This document shows, piece by piece, positions 47,610 to 50,838 of a DNA stretch of 50,838 nt (position 1 is its first letter; each line of letters begins with the position of its first letter). This DNA is from Octopus bimaculoides (lineage: Eukaryota): positions 57,638,788-57,689,625 of the forward strand of contig NC_068995.1 in NCBI RefSeq assembly GCF_001194135.2. The letters are read 5' to 3'. The notes under the pieces were generated by a model. That model worked only from the letters and a program-made list of their open reading frames with translations, had not been told where the DNA came from and did no database searches. A program made the translations under genes and the position numbers.

Positions 47610-48412
47610 CAATGGGTAACTCGTGGTTTTCACTGGTATGCCTACTGGTTTAAGTAAATGTCTTCAGAATGCGAATATAGAGAGATGTATCGGTTAGGAT
47701 GCGAAAATAATTGATACATATGTGATGGTAATATAAACAAAGGTAGTAAGTCTAACATTAAATTTTGTTCTTGCACTCGTAAATTTGCTGGGTAGAGGTT
47801 TGATTGTGGTAGACTGGCTAGTTTCGTTGGGTAATTAGGGCGGGGTGACTATTATTTAGGTGCGGGGTTACTAGTTTAATTAAGCACATGTTTTTTCGCA
47901 CGTGTGTATTCAATTTGCTTATATTCTGCGATTAGTTATCACCGGCGGTGCAGGTGAAAGGGGTAACTCTAACAGGGTGAAAAGGGAGCTAACTCATACC
48001 AAATCTTGGGTGGTTTAAAAATGTATTATGGCTAATAATTATCTTATTGCTAGAGTTTAGGAAGTTCTTGGTGCTAGGAGGGGCCCTATGTATGTCCAAA
48101 GTGTATTATTATGGAATTGGGGGCGAGTGGGTTTGCAGGGTTACTATTTGTGCGTAAGTGTTTAAGGTGTTTCCCAGTTAATTAGACTTATATAGATGAG
48201 TATTCAAGCTTGTGATTATGAAAGGCATAGAGGCCTGCATGAAGACAAGAGGGGCTATTCTACCGGTATTTTGAAAATACATAGAGGCCCGCGTGAAAAC
48301 AAAAGCAGTCGTTCTCAAATTTTCTGTTCAGAATGAGTTGTTTAGCCGTAAGTATAGCTAGGCGTTCTGACAGGCAAAGATCGCAGCGTCTATTTGCGGT
48401 GTTGTAGAAGGT
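47610..48412 (-). mobile_element. Penelope-like element 3' fragment: GIY-YIG endonuclease C-terminus plus 3' region
   Basis: Minus 48412-48260 translates TFYNTANRRCDLCLSERLAILTAKQLILNRKFENDCFCFHAGLYVFSKYR*, matching the Penelope C-terminal Zn-binding pattern Y....KRCxLCLxEKxxI......LNxRxE....CxH. The downstream ~650 bp is strand-skewed and non-coding; its boundary is approximate. Confidence 0.8.
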
Positions 48413-48677
48413 TGTTTTTGTGGCGGTGGCGGCGGCGGCATATGTGCGTTTATATATATGTATATATTTGTGTGTATATATATATACACTGCCGCCGCCG
48501 CCACCGCCACCGCCATCACAACCATGCTCTACGTTATATATTTTAATAATTACTGGTATTTTTATATTTTATATACGTAAAGCGTAATATGTCATATATG
48601 TATGTATATTGCTATAATTGTCTTTTTAAGCAAATAAATAAATAGACATAATATAGTGCCTATAAGTTGATGAATAC

Positions 48678-48758
48678 CACACTTGCCCAAGGTGTCACGC
48701 ACTGGGAATGAACCTGGAACCATGTGGTTGGGAAGCAAGCTACGTACCACACAGCCAC
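48678..48758 (-). mobile_element. SINE family B head
   Basis: Plus strand CACTTGCCCAAGGTGTCACGCACTGGGAATGAACCTGGAACCATGTGGTTGGGAAGCAAGCTACGTACCACACAGCCAC. Confidence 0.9.
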
Positions 48759-48763
48759 TTATG

Positions 48764-48802
<39 letters not shown>

Positions 48803-49180
48803 NNNNNNNNNNNNNNNNNNNNNNNNNNNNNNNNNNNNNNNNNNNNNNNNNNNNNNNNNNNNNNNNNNNNNNNNNNNNNNNNNNNNNNNNNNNNNNNNNN
48901 NNNNNNNNNNNNNNNNNNNNNNNNNNNNNNNNNNNNNNNNNNNNNNNNNNNNNNNNNNNNNNNNNNNNNNNNNNNNNNNNNNNNNNNNNNNNNNNNNNNN
49001 NNNNNNNNNNNNNNNNNNNNNNNNNNNNNNNNNNNNNNNNNNNNNNNNNNNNNNNNNNNNNNNNNNNNNNNNNNNNNNNNNNNNNNNNNNNNNNNNNNNN
49101 NNNNNNNNNNNNNNNNNNNTCTATCTGTCTGTCTGTCTGTCTGTCTGTTTATTTATCTATCGATATATTTTATCTCCCTG

Positions 49181-49232
<52 letters not shown>

Positions 49233-49309
49233 GCTATTTGTCTCTCTGCCTGCCTGTCTGTCTATGTGTCTATCAATAAATCTATCTATCTATCTATCTA
49301 TCTATTTGC

Positions 49310-49398
<89 letters not shown>

Positions 49399-50838
49399 CA
49401 TCCATCCATCTATCAGTGTATCGCTTTGTTCCACAGAAGCAGGTCTAGATTCATATTCTCATCTGTATGACTTAACGCATGATTATCGTCGAAAGCTCGG
49501 TAATTAGCGTGGTCGTGTGAAACATGATTCCTTTACAGATTTACTGTGTTTAAACACAGTATACTTCAGAGCCAGGCAGAACGAAATCAACCCGGAAGCA
49601 ACCCCCAGAGTAACAGATCGCATTTCACCGTCAATGCAGCTTGTCAATACCATGCACCCGGGATGGTTTCGTTTCGGAGGTAACCCGAAAGCGTGGCATT
49701 GAAAAGCCGGCAAACTGGTCCCATTTGATTCTGTGACTCTCGCGATTAATTCCGTGACTCTCGCGATTGATTCCGAGTTGCACCAACCAAGGACAGTTTG
49801 ATGCTGAACAATATTTATACGGAGCGGGGGAATCACAAAACACAATAAAGTGCATAATATACATTTTAATTCTTATTACATTTATAATGCACACTTCCAA
49901 TCAATGGAAATAAAATTACGAAATTTATTCTTTCTCTGCGGCCCGTTACTGATTTGCATGCCCAACGTCCGGGGTTGGGCATGTAATGAATGTCTTTGCA
50001 CCCCATCCTCGCAAATTAGGCAAATTCGGTGTTGGTCTCCCACAATTTATAATTAATTGTTTTCCATCGAAGTCTCTTTTCGAAAAACTATTTCTCAAAA
50101 TATCGTTTATAACACTCATTTCGAAAAAGGCTGCTCTTATATAAGAACACACGTATAAGCGTCTGCGTAAATTGTAAGTCAATTGCAACAAAACGGAAAA
50201 AATAACCTTAGTGAAATTAATTTAAGATTAATTAGCTACTTCTGAAATAAGAAATATAATATAGGTAATATTTTTGTTTTCAGAATTAATCTCACACTGA
50301 GGGTGACCACACACACACACACATCTGTATATACGGAGATGGAGATATGCGCAAAGAATTACATTTACTTGCTAGGAAATTTATTCCCAACAATGTAATA
50401 TACATCTGTTTATATTATTGGGTGTTTGTGTGTATGTTTTTCTGTGCATTACGAAGGCACATATGAAAGAAAAAGAGCGGGCGATAGAGAATGCAAAAAA
50501 AGAATCAAGGTGAGACAGGTGTGTGCGTATATGTATGCGTGTGTTTGTATGTATATATGTGCATGTATATATTTGTATATGAGCTACTGCATTCATACTC
50601 ATACATTATACATCCAGTCATTAATACACACACACACACACATACACACACACTTACCTACGCACTTGTAAACGGACACACTTGCGGCCATACAGGTATG
50701 AATAAGTTTTGCTGTACATTCTAAGTATACAAAATCAGAGAGGATCGTGTACACAAAAGACAGAAAGGACGAGAGGAAAGAAAAAGAAGGAAAGACCTGA
50801 AGAAAGAACATAAGAAACAAAGGATATATATATATATA

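Noticed and set aside
47610-48250. G/T-skewed stretch first suspected to be a mitochondrial insertion (NUMT)
   Set aside because: No mitochondrial gene could be read; it is contiguous with a Penelope GIY-YIG C-terminus, so it is better explained as that element's 3' region.
522-49448. Long ORF-track entries (e.g. 5084-6304, 14051-14764, 32341-33042, 48708-49448) and all CV/HT/YI/LS/ER-repeat ORFs
   Set aside because: They are open only because N-runs and dinucleotide or tetranucleotide repeats contain no stop codons; no complex coding sequence.
1-50838. CRISPR arrays, prokaryotic operons or terminators, protocadherin or C2H2 zinc-finger exons
   Set aside because: No constant-repeat/unique-spacer array, no bacterial-type gene, and no cadherin or C2H2 motifs in any readable frame; content hidden in the N-gaps cannot be assessed.

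Overview
Non-bacterial, microsatellite-saturated eukaryotic draft-assembly window with about 20 N-gaps, nearly all flanked by simple repeats. The interspersed repeat families look like those I recall from Octopus/coleoid cephalopod genomes (inference from recalled repeat consensus sequences, not from a search). No intact host protein-coding gene can be supported. Most ORF-track entries are artefacts of N-runs and (CA)n/(TA)n/triplet repeats. The recognisable content is decayed mobile DNA: about 25 tRNA-SINE copies of several families, four Tc1/mariner-superfamily relics (Tc1, two mariner, one probable DD37D/maT), one mariner MITE, a hAT dimerisation-domain relic, a LINE ORF2 C-terminus and two Penelope-like fragments. 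The most interesting signals cluster at 34.8-35.9 kb: a minimal type-I hammerhead ribozyme motif in a Penelope-like fragment, and a decayed 5S rRNA copy fused to a SINE 3' tail (SINE3-like or chimeric retrocopy). The same SINE 3' module also appears joined to three different tRNA-type heads, and fold-back hairpins sit at the truncation junctions of two transposon relics. A few weak exon and promoter candidates are listed as low-confidence leads only.
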